A stretch of 64,000 bases of DNA, taken from contig CAIIXF020000001.1 of the NCBI GenBank assembly GCA_903813345.2, positions 47,554,001-47,618,000 of the forward strand. The letters are read 5' to 3'. The stretch is from Owenia fusiformis. Lineage: Eukaryota. The notes under the pieces are model-generated. The model was not told the origin of the DNA and did no database searches. It saw only the letters and a list, made by a program, of their open reading frames with translations. A program made the translations under genes and the position numbers. Below are positions 1 through 12,025 of this stretch, in pieces. Every line of letters begins with the position of its first letter. The first letter of the stretch is position 1.

Positions 1-3000
1 TGTTCCTGGAAGGTACAGATGGAAATCAGTCAATAAAGTTATTTTTGAAAAAAATGTTTCTGGACAATTCAAACAGGTCAATAATACTTGAAGTAAATTC
101 TGAAATAAAATTTAAAAAACGAACAAAATATTGTCACCGTGAAATCGCAACAAATACACACAAAGAAGTTAATAATTGAACAAAGCAATATGGTATAATC
201 GTTCGACGTTGCAATATAACATACAGACGTTAGTCAGAAAACACCTTGCTAGAATATGCACTATATTAGAACCTGAAATATTGTGTTGACAAAAAGCCAA
301 ACGGAGAGATGCCACAGAGTTGAAATTTGCAATGATGGGCCAGTCTACAACTGGAATGATATGAGGAATGCCTTCAACTGAAAAAAATGGGAAGAGCTCG
401 ACCTTAACTAAATTGTCTAAATTTAATATGACTTATCGAATTGCTTGATTATATGTCAATTTGATGTAATAATGCAATTAATATTTACAATAATATATCT
501 TTACAGTATGTGATTTTGGAAGATATCATTATGAGTATTTATTACGAGTAATGATAATAGGATAAGTTATTATTGGATATATCCGATGATTTTTTCCAAA
601 GTTTGTTTTTATGCACGTGTATATGTGGTTTTATTGAAAACAATGATATTTTTAATATCACATTTATATGCGCGAAATAACCGACCGTATTAATACCATT
701 CAAAGGACGTATTATACCTTTTAACCAGTATGATTGATACATTTATTGTATCATAAAAGTTGCATAATTATAAAAACATTTGTTCAGTGATGTTGATTTT
801 CTACATCTTCTTAGCTATATCAATTAATAATTGCATATGATTAAATTAAAGAGAGAATCGGGTCTAGCGAGCAAGCAAAACGAAAATTTATTCAATTTTA
901 GAGTATTTTTGTCTCACATCATTCCTTGTCTATTTTCTAAAACTCCTCAACGTACATACTTTATTCAAGGAAAACGTTTTAGAGGATTTTTACAATAATG
1001 TGTTATTTTTCTATCATTTATGGTTACCATTTTTATTATTTGAGATAATTTAAACACTTTCTCCCACTTTTGCACTTTGAATAATAACGTCACCAATTTA
1101 TAACATATCGCTGATAAAAATGGAAACAATTACGTTAATTTCCTCATATCTTTGTCATTTTAAGAAATAACCCCCTGATATTTTACACATTTGCATATCA
1201 TTCAGTTTCCTACCAATCTACTATATTTCATAACCAGCAGATTGATAGTAACAATGTTACATCACTTTAACCCTAGTGGCCACTTTTGCACTGTCGGGAA
1301 ACCTGCACTCTTCGTCCAAAATGCTTGCAATTTTTCACCCCTTTTGATCTGATTCTGCCTTTAATAAATAAGACTACGAGCTGATCTACACTGCCATGCC
1401 TTGTAATATCAATTAAATCAATCTGAATTACTTGTCATAGAAAAGGATGTTGCATAACTTTTAACATTATTTTTAGAGTATAAACATGTTTTTGCCAAAT
1501 TTCACTTTTGATTAACAGGAAAGTAATTACGAGAACTTATAAAATTGTGATGACATACCAGTGTGAATCTAACCGATTTTCGACCATATGTCACAGTTTC
1601 TCGCCAGGAGCCAAATTTTGTTTTCAGTTTAGCCGAGAATGAATATGGGCTAATCGCATAATCTGATTTACTGTTACATTGGATAAACCAACTCATGAAT
1701 CAAAAGTTTGAAAATACATTTAGGACAATTTTACAGTCAGTTGACAGAATTTAGCGCTAAGTGTCACTGCTTAATTTGCTGTGAAAGGCTCCCAATTGTT
1801 CGAAGTGGCACTTGCCACTTGGGACCTGCCAAATCCTCCACCTCCTGGTTATTTACCGGGGATCAAAGCTGCGCTTACAATATCAAGGTTGATGCACGCT
1901 CTCCAGCGCCATCCAAGTTGTCCACTTACGTAAAATGTATATTGCAATGTAAGAGCTCCTTGAAACAAAATGAATCAGAAATAAAACAAGTTTAAAAAAG
2001 AAAGTAAATGCTTTTTGGCTATGATGTGCTGGAGCATGAAACTGAGTTACCGGCAAATTCTTTGGTGTCAATGTCATACATCCAGGCCGGCTCCAAAGAC
2101 ATCAAAGGCATGTGCCACAGGTAATGATATCAATGAAAGTATGTTTACTAGTCCAATAATAATGTCAAATGAAAGTATTTTCAAAACATCTTTTCGTTTT
2201 AGTCAACATGAACACAATGAATATTCAAATTCGTCAAATCTTACCATAAGAGAAGCAAATACTTGTTCAGTTTAAACCGCTCACTAACTAAGGAATTCTT
2301 ACTAAAGTACAATTTGCAAAAAGTGCCGTGTTTTCTGTGTATTTTCTCCAATTTGCCTTTCAATCGTTTGATTTCTCTTCTTTTAAACAGACCTCCATCT
2401 TACTATTACTAACCTCTTCTGTTATTTAAAGAAAATAAGCGAAACGTGTACAGATGATCATGGGAGTCGACGCATATTATCGACTCCAAATAGATGCAAA
2501 TTTGTCATTTTTGTCATTTATTTCAAAATTCTGAATCCTGGAAAAGACCCAAGGGTCTATTTTGACTTTTGAGATCATGCAAGTGTTCATGCACCTAGAT
2601 ACAAACTAGTTTTACTTTCTCAATTAGTAAATTGTAATTAGAGTGTTATCATTCAGGTTGAAACTTGAACTGTTCTATTGATAAAATCTATGTCATATTG
2701 CCCATAGGTTCATACTTCAAACTTCAAGGCATTTGGTATACCGATTTTTGTTTCTTTCATGAAATTAAAAATCCGTTAGAAGAACCTCCACCAGAGGCCA
2801 TGCACGCGCATATTTCAATCAATAATCGATGGTGATTATATATAGCAAAATAAATAACATAAAAATAACAAAATACCAAGCATGATATACAGATTAGAAC
2901 ACGTGGTTTTAAAATGGTTATGCTCTTAAAAACCATATTTCCAATTTCCAATTTTCGAATTTTATGGGATATTTGCTCAATTTGATTTGCTCGTTTTCAT

Positions 3001-3929
3001 TATTGGGATGTGAGGCTTCCGCATATTGTAACACACCAATAGATAGCTTTTATATAATACAACGATATAAATAAACAATCGAGCATAAAAAGTCCAACGT
3101 TTAAAATTGAAGTGCCAACCACAAATCGGATAAGTCAACATCAATCTCAAGTGCACTTGAATTAAACTCTTTACTTAAAATAAAATTGAAAGGTAAACAC
3201 AATAATCGCGAGTTACATAATGAATGTGCAAAAGATCTTTGACTTTAGATTTTATATGGTTTATGTTGATGCATGCCACGCGAGTTTTCTATTGTTGAAC
3301 CCTGGAGATTGTTAAGTGCATACACTTTCATAAATGGTGTTATGATAATTATTGCTTACAGGATAAGGTCAATTGCAAGCAAATTAGGAATAACTAACTG
3401 TTTAATCAGATAGGACCTTACAAATTAATTATCTGTTAAATCGAGCAGACGTCCCAAAACGTTTCCCGGTTGACATTTTTTTCTTGGATTCAAGGATATT
3501 ATTTTTTCTTTCATTTGAATGAAAAAGAATTTGGTCATAAGGTTTATTTAAATCTTTTCAAAAAGTCCCACCAAAAGCCAATAAACCTGCAGGGACCTAA
3601 CGTGCTTAGACCAAGGACGAGGTGTTTTGTATGAGTGAATGTGAACTACCTCTCTTCAGTTCTTCATTCAACTAAATGTTCCAAAGGTCCAGGCCGAGCC
3701 TTTTGTACAAAATGTTACAAGTATATTTAAAACAGACCAAGTTACCAAACGTATAAATGCTGATGAAGATGGCAATAATGGCTCACAAATAATAAAATAA
3801 CCGCGTTCTATCACGTTAACTCTATCTGTTTCCAAATAATGGTAAACTATTCACACATAGCTAGGCGAGGTGTGTCCGATTCCAACCAATCTGAACAGAG
3901 TATCCACATAATGAACAGTGTGTGAAATA

Positions 3930-4167
3930 TAAATAACACAATTCGATTAGATTAATTAGAAGATGCCATTGTTAAAGAATTTAAGCCCAAGACTCAATGC
4001 ATTGTAGCTGCTTCATTCCACTGGGCTTAAATCCTTTAACAATGGCATCTTCTCATCATGATAAACCATGACATCTCATTTCTTCTCAGCCCTGTTTTAG
4101 ATGAAACAGAAAGATGCTATTAGTATCAGAATGGCATCTTCTAATTAATCAAATCACGTTGCTATTT
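3930..4167. mobile_element. Palindromic MITE-like element with internal hairpin
   Basis: GATTAATTAGAAGATGCCATT / AATGGCATCTTCTAATTAATC arms; inner hairpin 3958-4053. Confidence 0.6.
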
Positions 4168-4228
4168 GTTTCCAAGCTCTCAACTTACTTTTGCATTTAA
4201 AAAAAAGACAAATCATTCATGTAAGATA

Positions 4229-4341
4229 CACTCCCTCCAAAAGTTTGGAAATCCTAGCTTCCATTGTTTAGCCTTGTATAATTACGCTTGTACTGCTGAA
4301 CCAACAGAAGAGTTGATGCCAAACCTTTGAAGAGGGTTGTG
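4229..4341. mobile_element. Small Tc1/mariner-type MITE
   Basis: TA|CACTCCCTCCAAAAGTTTGG ... CCAAACCTTTGAAGAGGGTTGTG|TA; imperfect TIRs and TA flanks. Confidence 0.5.
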
Positions 4342-4450
4342 TATTACAAGATTATCACAAAGCATATCTAAAATAGTAAGACCAATGTTACTTTTCCAAA
4401 AGTTTTAATCTGCTAATAGACCTAACGGTGAGAAATGACATTTTGTGTAA

Positions 4451-4715
4451 AAGTCGCTCCTGAAGGAATACGCACTAGATCTTGCACCTTATATTGTTAG
4501 TTTTGCTTCAAGACTATGGACACCCCCTCTCCCTATCTACTTAACCAACTTGACAAGGATAAGGGGTTCGAAGTCTTGAAGGAAGAGTATATATGTGTAG
4601 TAGGTGGTATTATAGAAGACGTCAATGCTACACATCCGCTCCAATCGCAGGACTCCAAGATACAGGATATCTTGCTTTGGAGGATGATGTTACGCCATGC
4701 GTCAATTTCAATGTT
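4451..4715 (+). mobile_element. Possible highly decayed non-LTR retrotransposon (LINE RT) fragment
   Basis: LLKEYALDLAPYIV at 4457-4498 resembles the LLKE.A..LAP motif near the start of CR1/L2-group RT; the rest is not recognisable. Confidence 0.25.
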
Positions 4716-4810
4716 TTGATAATACTTCTTAGTATTATCATTCTATTACTTAGAACTACTGTACCAAATTTCCGCCAATTGCTTTTTTATTATTTGTTTT
4801 TGTTTTCCAG

Positions 4811-5206
4811 TCGTAAACAAATGTCACGGCACTCGGAAGTCGACCTGTGTGCATTTCGAGTTTGGGAATAAGATTCCTGGTGCAGACAGGGTATCATCAG
4901 CTAAGTTGTGGGTCTACAAACGCCCAGATCCTGCTGACAATCGCTTCAACCAAACACTGACTATAACCCAACAGCTCGGCGGCCCAAACGCCAGCAGATT
5001 CCATAGGGGGAAAGTAGTTGGTACCCAAGAGACAGACCTCGAATATGGTTGGGTGCAGATTGACATGAAACACACCGTCCATCGTTGGATGTCCAAGTCG
5101 AAGTACCCTAGAACCATCGAGGTCAGCTGTAAAACGTGTCGCCGAAATAGTGGATCTCCTATAGAAATTGACGGCGATCACAAGCCATTCATCGTTACAT
5201 ATTTAC
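4811..5206 (+). CDS. Activin/inhibin-beta-like TGF-beta ligand, internal propeptide exon (upstream exons are outside the window)
   Basis: Polypyrimidine tract + CAG acceptor at 4809-4810; open frame VNKCHGTRKSTCVHFEFGNKIPGADRVSSAKLWVYK...GWVQIDMKHTVHRW...HKPFIVTYL, typical of a TGF-beta propeptide; phase-1 donor GTAAGA at 5207. Confidence 0.9.
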
Positions 5207-5215
5207 GTAAGAATC

Positions 5216-6505
5216 AGATCTGATTATTAGTCCCGACCCCGACAAATGTTTTTCACAGATCGGGATATGATGAATCGAAGTTACACTGTCACGTAATTTT
5301 ATAGGGCTCGCGGGATATTCACGAAGTCAAACACCTTTATCCCGTATGAGCACTTTGTAGCACTGAGCTACGGGACAGTCAGGTTTTCAAACCCACTGTC
5401 CCGTACCAGTGCTTGGTAAAAAAATTTGCTGCGGGATAAAGTGATTTCAAAACTTGACTAATGCTGATCAAAGTATATGCTATCAAGCCATCACATACAT
5501 GTATCTCTATGTAATTACCATACTATATTAACCCTTGCAAAAAATTCCATTTTTCATCTTTGTACTGAATTATATCAACATCAGTCTTTTATCTTTGAAA
5601 TGTTGCTAAAGTTTATTGGGAGGGGTGGCATGTACACACTTGATTCAAAATGCTATTGTTTGTGTGTGAGGGGGGGGGGGCATCTCCAGAGTTGACTCAC
5701 ATCATGGTCTATAAGAATCACAACTGTCACAAATCATCATTCCATCTGGTATCATTTAAATATCCTTGAATATGATTTGCAGTATGTACATAAATCCTTG
5801 TGTGCCATCCTGTATCATATATTATGCCTATTGTTAATGTTGCATATGTCTTTTTATTTTTTAATCAGCTAATATATATGTATATAAACACTGGTGAAGT
5901 AATGTGGTCATTCCTCAAGCCCTCCATATCATTTATCATCCTAATTGTTCATATGTCAACAGCTCCTTCCAGTGAATTAAATAAAAGTTGTTCTTCACGA
6001 TAAATACCGGTGAAGTATTGTGGCAATTCCACATGCAATCTGTTTTTCCATCTATTCCCTGCTGTTATTCCACCATATTCTATCTATATGTTTTTGACAT
6101 GCTGATTACCCATGCCATACATCCTGAAATAAGCAAATAATATTTAAATTATTTTCTTTTCTGTATTGTGCCTTTTGTTCATTTATCATTCACTTATGTC
6201 CAGTAAATTGAATAAAGTACTAGAAATATGCAAACTCCATAGCGCAGCAAATGCCAAAGAACACTAAATTCATGAATCTGTATGCCACAACATAATATTT
6301 ATCATCTACCTTACCCTTGATTTGCAAATATAAAAAAAAAACATTAAAATGTTACATGTATATCAGAATAATCACCAATTCAAGTATTTGGGTGACCATT
6401 TGTATTAGATCATTGGTGTGGCGAGGGGGGGGGGGGGGAGGCACGATGGGTGCAAACCCTCTTCCCCATAACCAATAACAAAATGGCTCCATTACTTTTC
6501 GAGTA
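5216..6505 (+). repeat. Left arm, unique outer domain of the giant element
   Basis: Reverse complement of ~22375-23669 with only a handful of substitutions/indels seen. Confidence 0.92.
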
Positions 6506-8720
6506 AGAATAAAAAGAGTAAAAAATGGTGGTCATTTTGAAAAATGGCTGCCTTTTACCCAAAGTGTCATTTGACAGTGTGCCATGCTTATAGTATTCAC
6601 ATATAAAATATGAACAAAATTGCTCTACTACTTTTTGAGTTATAGTAAAAAATGTAAAAATGGTCGCCATTTTTCAAAATGGTCGCCTACTACCCAAAGC
6701 GTCATTAGACAGTGTGCCATGCTTATAGTATTCACATATAAAATAAGAAAAAAATCGCTCTACTACTTTTTGAGTTATAGTAAAAAATGTAAATATGGTC
6801 ACCATTTTTCAAAATGGTTGCCTACTACCCAAAGTGTCATTAGACAGTGTGCCATGCTTATAGTATTCACATATAAAATATGAACAAAATCGCTCTACTA
6901 CTTTTTGAGTTATAGTAAAAAATGTAAAAATGGTCGCCATTTTTCAAAATGGTCGCCTACTACCCAAAGTGTCATTAGACAGTGTGCCATGCTTATAGTA
7001 TTCACATATAAAATATGAACAAAATCGCTCTACTACTTTTTGAGTTATAGTAAAAAATGTAAAAATGGTCGCCATTTTTCAAAATGGTCGCCTACTACCC
7101 AAAGTGTCATTACACAGTGTGCCATGCTTATAGTATTCACATATAAAATATGAACAAAATCGCTCTACTACTTTTTGAGTCAGTATAGTAAAAAATGTAA
7201 AAAAATGGTCACCATTTTTCAAAATGGTCGCCTACTACCCAAAGTGTCATTAGACAGTGTGCCATGCTTATAGTATTCACATATAAAATATGAACAAAAT
7301 CGCTCTACTACTTTTTGAGCTATAGTAAAAAATGTAAAAATGGTCGCCATTTTTCAAAATGGCGGCCTTCTACCAAAAGTGTCATTAGACAGTGTGCCAT
7401 GCTTATAGTATTCACATATAAAATATGAACAAAATCGCTCAACTACTTTTTGAGCTATAGTAAAAAATGTAAAAATGGTCGCCATTTTTCAAAATGGTCG
7501 CCTACTACCCAAAGTGTCATTAGACAGTGTGCCATGCTTATAGTATTCACATATAAAATATGAACAAAATCGCTCTACTACTTTTTGAGCTATAGTAAAA
7601 AATGTAAAAATGGTCGCCATTTTTCAAAATGGCCGCCTTCTACCAAAAGTGTCATTAGACAGTGTGCCATGCTTATAGTATTCACATATAAAATATGAAC
7701 AAAATCGCTCTACTAGTTTTTGAGTTATAGTAAAAAATGTAAAAATGGTCGCCATTTTTCAAAATGGTCGCCTACTACCCAAAGTGTCATTAGACAGTGT
7801 GCCATGCTTATAGTATTCACATATAAAATATGAACAAAATCGCTCTACTACTTTTTGAGCTATAGTAAAAAATGTAAAAATGGTCGCCATTTTTCAAAAT
7901 GGCCGCCTTCTACCAAAAGTGTCATTAGACAGTGTGCCATGCTTATAGTATTCACATATAAAATATGAACAAAATCGCTCTACTAGTTTTTGAGTTATAG
8001 TATAAAATGTAAAAATGGTCGCCATTTTTCAAAATGGTCGCCTACTACCCAAAGTGTCATTAGACAGTGTGCCATGCTTATAGTATTCACATATAAAATA
8101 TGGACAAAATCGCTCTACTAATTTTTGAGTTATAGTAAAAAATGTAAAAATGGTCGCCATTTTTCAAAATGGTCGCCTACTACCCAAAGTGTCATTAGAC
8201 AGTGTGCCATGTTTATAGTATTCACATTTAAAATATGAACAAAATCGCTCTACTACTTTTTGAGTTATAGTAAAAAATGTAAAAATGGTCGCCATTTTTC
8301 AAAATAGTCGCCTACTACCCAAAGTGTCATTAGACAGTGTGCCATGTTTATAGTATTCACATTTAAAATATGAACAAAATCGCTCTACTACTTTTTGAGT
8401 TATAGTAAAAAATGTAAAAATGGTCGCCATTTTTCAAAATAGTCGCCTACTACCCAAAGTGTCATTAGACAGTGTGCCATGCTTATAGTATTCACATATA
8501 AAATATTGACAAAATCGCTCTACTAGTTTTTGAGTTATAGTAAAAAAAGTAAAAATGGTGTCCATTTTTCAAAATGGTGGCCATTTTTCAAAATGGTGGC
8601 CATTTTTCAAAATGGCAGCCTTCTACCAAAAGTGTAATTAGACACTGTGCAATGCTTATAGTATCCACATACCAAATATGAACAAAATCGCTCCACTACT
8701 TTTAGAGTTACAGCAAAAAT
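6506..8720 (+). repeat. 135-bp tandem array, ~16 units (left arm inner domain)
   Basis: Unit TATAGTAAAAAATGTAAAAATGGTCGCCATTTTTCAAAATGG...GACAGTGTGCCATGCTTATAGTATTCACA...; period 135 (e.g. 7321 to 7456). Confidence 0.95.
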
Positions 8721-9570
8721 CGTAAAATAACGAGTAAAGGCCCCCGTTTTTCAAGATGGCTGCCATGTGCTTCTTTCATATCTACATTCTAGTTTTATTA
8801 ATGTCCTATATATTTTTTTACATTTAAAACATATTGCTATTACAGTTTTACATATTGCACCTAGATTACTGTAAAATTGGCACTAAAATGGACGTCATTT
8901 TTAAACGAGCAGCCATTTTGAAAATTGGCCAACGGCATTAGACGTAATAAGATTTGAATAATAAACCATCGAATTTGACTTTTGAAACACTGAAATATGA
9001 CTTTTGAAACAAATTCTTTAAACCAAACGTTCTTCGAATGCCAGGTGTTTGTAAAAAGCAATAAGCCTTTCAAATTGGGAAATTTTTTGAAATGCTTGTG
9101 AAACTACGGAAAGTTTCAGCTGCCTCTTTGAGAAACTAAATTGGTGGTTTAACAGTAATTCAAACATGCCAAGTGTGTCTCAGCTTAAAGGATTTCAGTG
9201 TGTTAATTGATTGATATATGCACAAAAATGATTTTGCTGTGCATTTAATCTTTGATATATGCATGGGTTGAGCAGGGATATTCTTTAAAAGGGGGTGAAA
9301 GCGAATCATCCATGTGTTCTTTTCAACTAATTCTTCATAATTTTTCTGCATCAAATTAATTATTCCATTTCCTTAAATATTTTGACAAACAAAATCTTCT
9401 CAATAGTTTTCAAATGGATATCAATTGTAACCCATCACCCCTATTGAGTATTTCTAAATAATAAACTTTTCCAAAAACATAATTTCTTCAAAGACAACAA
9501 CCTTGAAGATGTACATGGTGAACTGTTCAACTTCATCATTGACCCCAGTCATGTTTGAATTGCAATAAAG

Positions 9571-9720
9571 AATCATGTATCATATTGGAAATATAAAAGC
9601 ATGAGTGTATGTACTAACCCATTCTGATAATGCAATCAGGCTTCGCCTTTGTGCATTATGTGTACGGGTTAGTACATACACTCATGCTTTTATATTTACA
9701 ATATAGAATGATACAGGATT
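9571..9720. mobile_element. Short hairpin MITE
   Basis: AAATATAAAAGCATGAGTGTATGTACTAACCC and its exact reverse complement about 45 nt apart. Confidence 0.7.
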
Positions 9721-9730
9721 CTGAGATTCT

Positions 9731-10562
9731 CACAGGCTGGTGTCGAAAGATTTGTCCACTGTGACGGAGCATGCTATTTTTAATAAAAACACTAAGAATG
9801 CTTCACGATTTATTTTTTAACTCATATGTTTCATTATATCAAAGATAATAACTTACTCCATGCAATGGATATATCATTTGCGTGTAACCTTCACTACTGT
9901 TTGAAGTCCAATAACGCTAGGAGTAAAATCTATTGAAAACGGCGCCAGAGTATCAAACTCTAAAATGAACCATTTCTTTTTTAACTTTTTAATGGCATGA
10001 TATAGTGACACGATAATATTAACATATATTTTCAGCATATCTCTGAATGTATTAATGAGATATTAATGCATTGGGTCTTTTTAATTTTTTTATAAAAAAA
10101 TAATATTAATATTTTTTGTCCGCTGTGACGGAGCATTTTCACAGTTCAAATTTGCAACTGCTCCGTCACAGCGGACAAAACAATTAAACATTATTTTTTA
10201 TAAAAGAATTAAAAAGATCAAATACATCAAAATCTCATTTATACCTTCATAGTTATGCTGAAACCATGTGTAAATATTATCGTGTCACTATATCGTGCCA
10301 TTAGAAAGTTAAACAAGAAATGGTACATTTTGAAGTATGATACTCCGGCGCCATTTTCAATAGCTTTTCTTCCCAGCGTAATTGGACTTCAAACAGAACT
10401 GAAAGTTACCCACAAATGATATATCCATTGCATGGAGTAAGTAATTTTGTATGGTATAACGAAAGATATGAGTTAAAAAATAAATCGTGAAGTATTCTTA
10501 GTGTTTTTATGAAAAATAGCATGCTCCGTCACAGCGGACAAATATTTCGATACCAGCCTGTG
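9731..10562. mobile_element. Palindromic MITE with CAC..GTG termini (Transib/CMC-like), nested in the giant element
   Basis: CACAGGCTGG...CCAGCCTGTG; ~410-bp arms; ATTCT on both flanks; related copy at 57016-57654. Confidence 0.8.
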
Positions 10563-10756
10563 ATTCTTTATTCCTTAAAGTATCCGGAGATTCCCCAATG
10601 AAGGTGAACAAATGGCTGAAAATCGTGAAGTATTCTTAGTGTTTTTATGAAAATAGCATGCTCCGTCACAGCGGACAAATATTTCGATACCAGCCTGTGA
10701 TTCTTTATTCCTTAAAGTATCCGGAGATTCCCCAATGAAGGTGAACAAATGGCTGA
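10482..10756 (+). repeat. ~137-bp tandem duplication spanning the MITE right end and its flank
   Basis: AAATCGTGAAGTATTCTTAG...GTGAACAAATGGCTGA occurs at 10482-10619 and 10620-10756. Confidence 0.9.
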
Positions 10757-11285
10757 TTTCCAGGTGTACACATTTTTCATATTTCATCTTATTTATTCGT
10801 TACTTTCCATTAAAACCACCATTGATCGGTATAGAGGCAGCTGAATATTTGGTAAAAATAAAGCAAGCAGTTGAATTCAGTATTTCTGTTTCAGCCGTGA
10901 ATAATCAGATCAGTCGTGCCTTTGAATAGGTAATATATGCTTGCATCGCGTTGATCTTACTAAGGAGTAACATCACAAAATCAAGAATTTATACAGGCTG
11001 AGCCATTATTTAGTTACAAAGATGCAGGCCTGTCAACTGTCCAGCAACTTGCGTATTTGTCATGCATTTACTGAGGCCAAGCCGGTTTTTTTTGACATGA
11101 CAGATTAACATGTCACGCAAATACACATTTTTTTCTGATTATAGTCAAGCAACAAGGAAATGCAGCAAACTCCTCGAGTTGAGGTCTCCTAGTAAAAAAA
11201 TGCCTGACCCTCTCATATATCTGTTGATTATCCCTGTTTAAAACTGATTCAAGAGCATGGCACTGAACAAACCTATATGCTTATT

Positions 11286-11495
11286 CAGGCCCGTAGCCAG
11301 GATTTGCCAAGGGGGGTTCAGTTTTCAAAAATTTCCACGGGGGGTTCACATTTGACAATTTTGGCCCAAATATGGCTAAAATCACTTGAGAAGTGCTCAA
11401 AATGGTGAAAAACTCCATGATTTTGAAAGAATTTTTGGCCAGGGGGGGGGGGGTTCGCCAGAACCCTGCGAACCCCCCCCCTGGCTACGGGCCTG
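11286..11495. mobile_element. hAT-like MITE, 6-bp TSD
   Basis: CAGGCCCGTAGCCAGG...CCTGGCTACGGGCCTG; CTTATT on both flanks. Confidence 0.8.
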
Positions 11496-12025
11496 CTTAT
11501 TTGTTTAGTTGTTGGTTGGGTAACATGTTTATGACGTTACAAATGATGCAAAGGATCTTTCAACAAATCAGTGAAGTCTATATTAATCATTTGTTTAGTT
11601 GTTAATGTGGCAATAAGTGTCTGACGTCACAGGTGATTGCATCATATTCCAGTCACGCCATTTTACGACATCGCATAATTTGAGCTGATTTTGGCTTCAT
11701 TTCACTTTATTTGAAAGACTTTTAAAAATATAATAATGAGTCAGTATTTTTCTAAAAAAATATTTATATTCGAATTTGAGGTCAAAGTCCAAAAATTTGA
11801 TCAACCAATTTGAATCACAATTTAAAGAGGTGAAGAAGTGAATAATTACAGGAGCAAATGTGATCAATGGTTCAAGAGAAGAACATCCAACTTGAAATGA
11901 AAGGCAAAACATCAAAAGAGGAGTGCTGAAAAAATCCTACACATTTCATTCAGAATTTTTATGCAAATTGCATGTCATGCATTTGCTTTAAATTTTTTGT
12001 CTTCCCCGTCGAAATTTGGACCAAG

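Noticed and set aside
1708..2275. Short ORFs as the missing first exon of the TGF-beta gene
   Set aside because: No signal peptide, propeptide motif or convincing splice sites; upstream exons are probably outside the window.
5477..6883. ORFs duplicated in both arms
   Set aside because: Identity reflects the inverted repeat; the peptides are low-complexity with no motifs.
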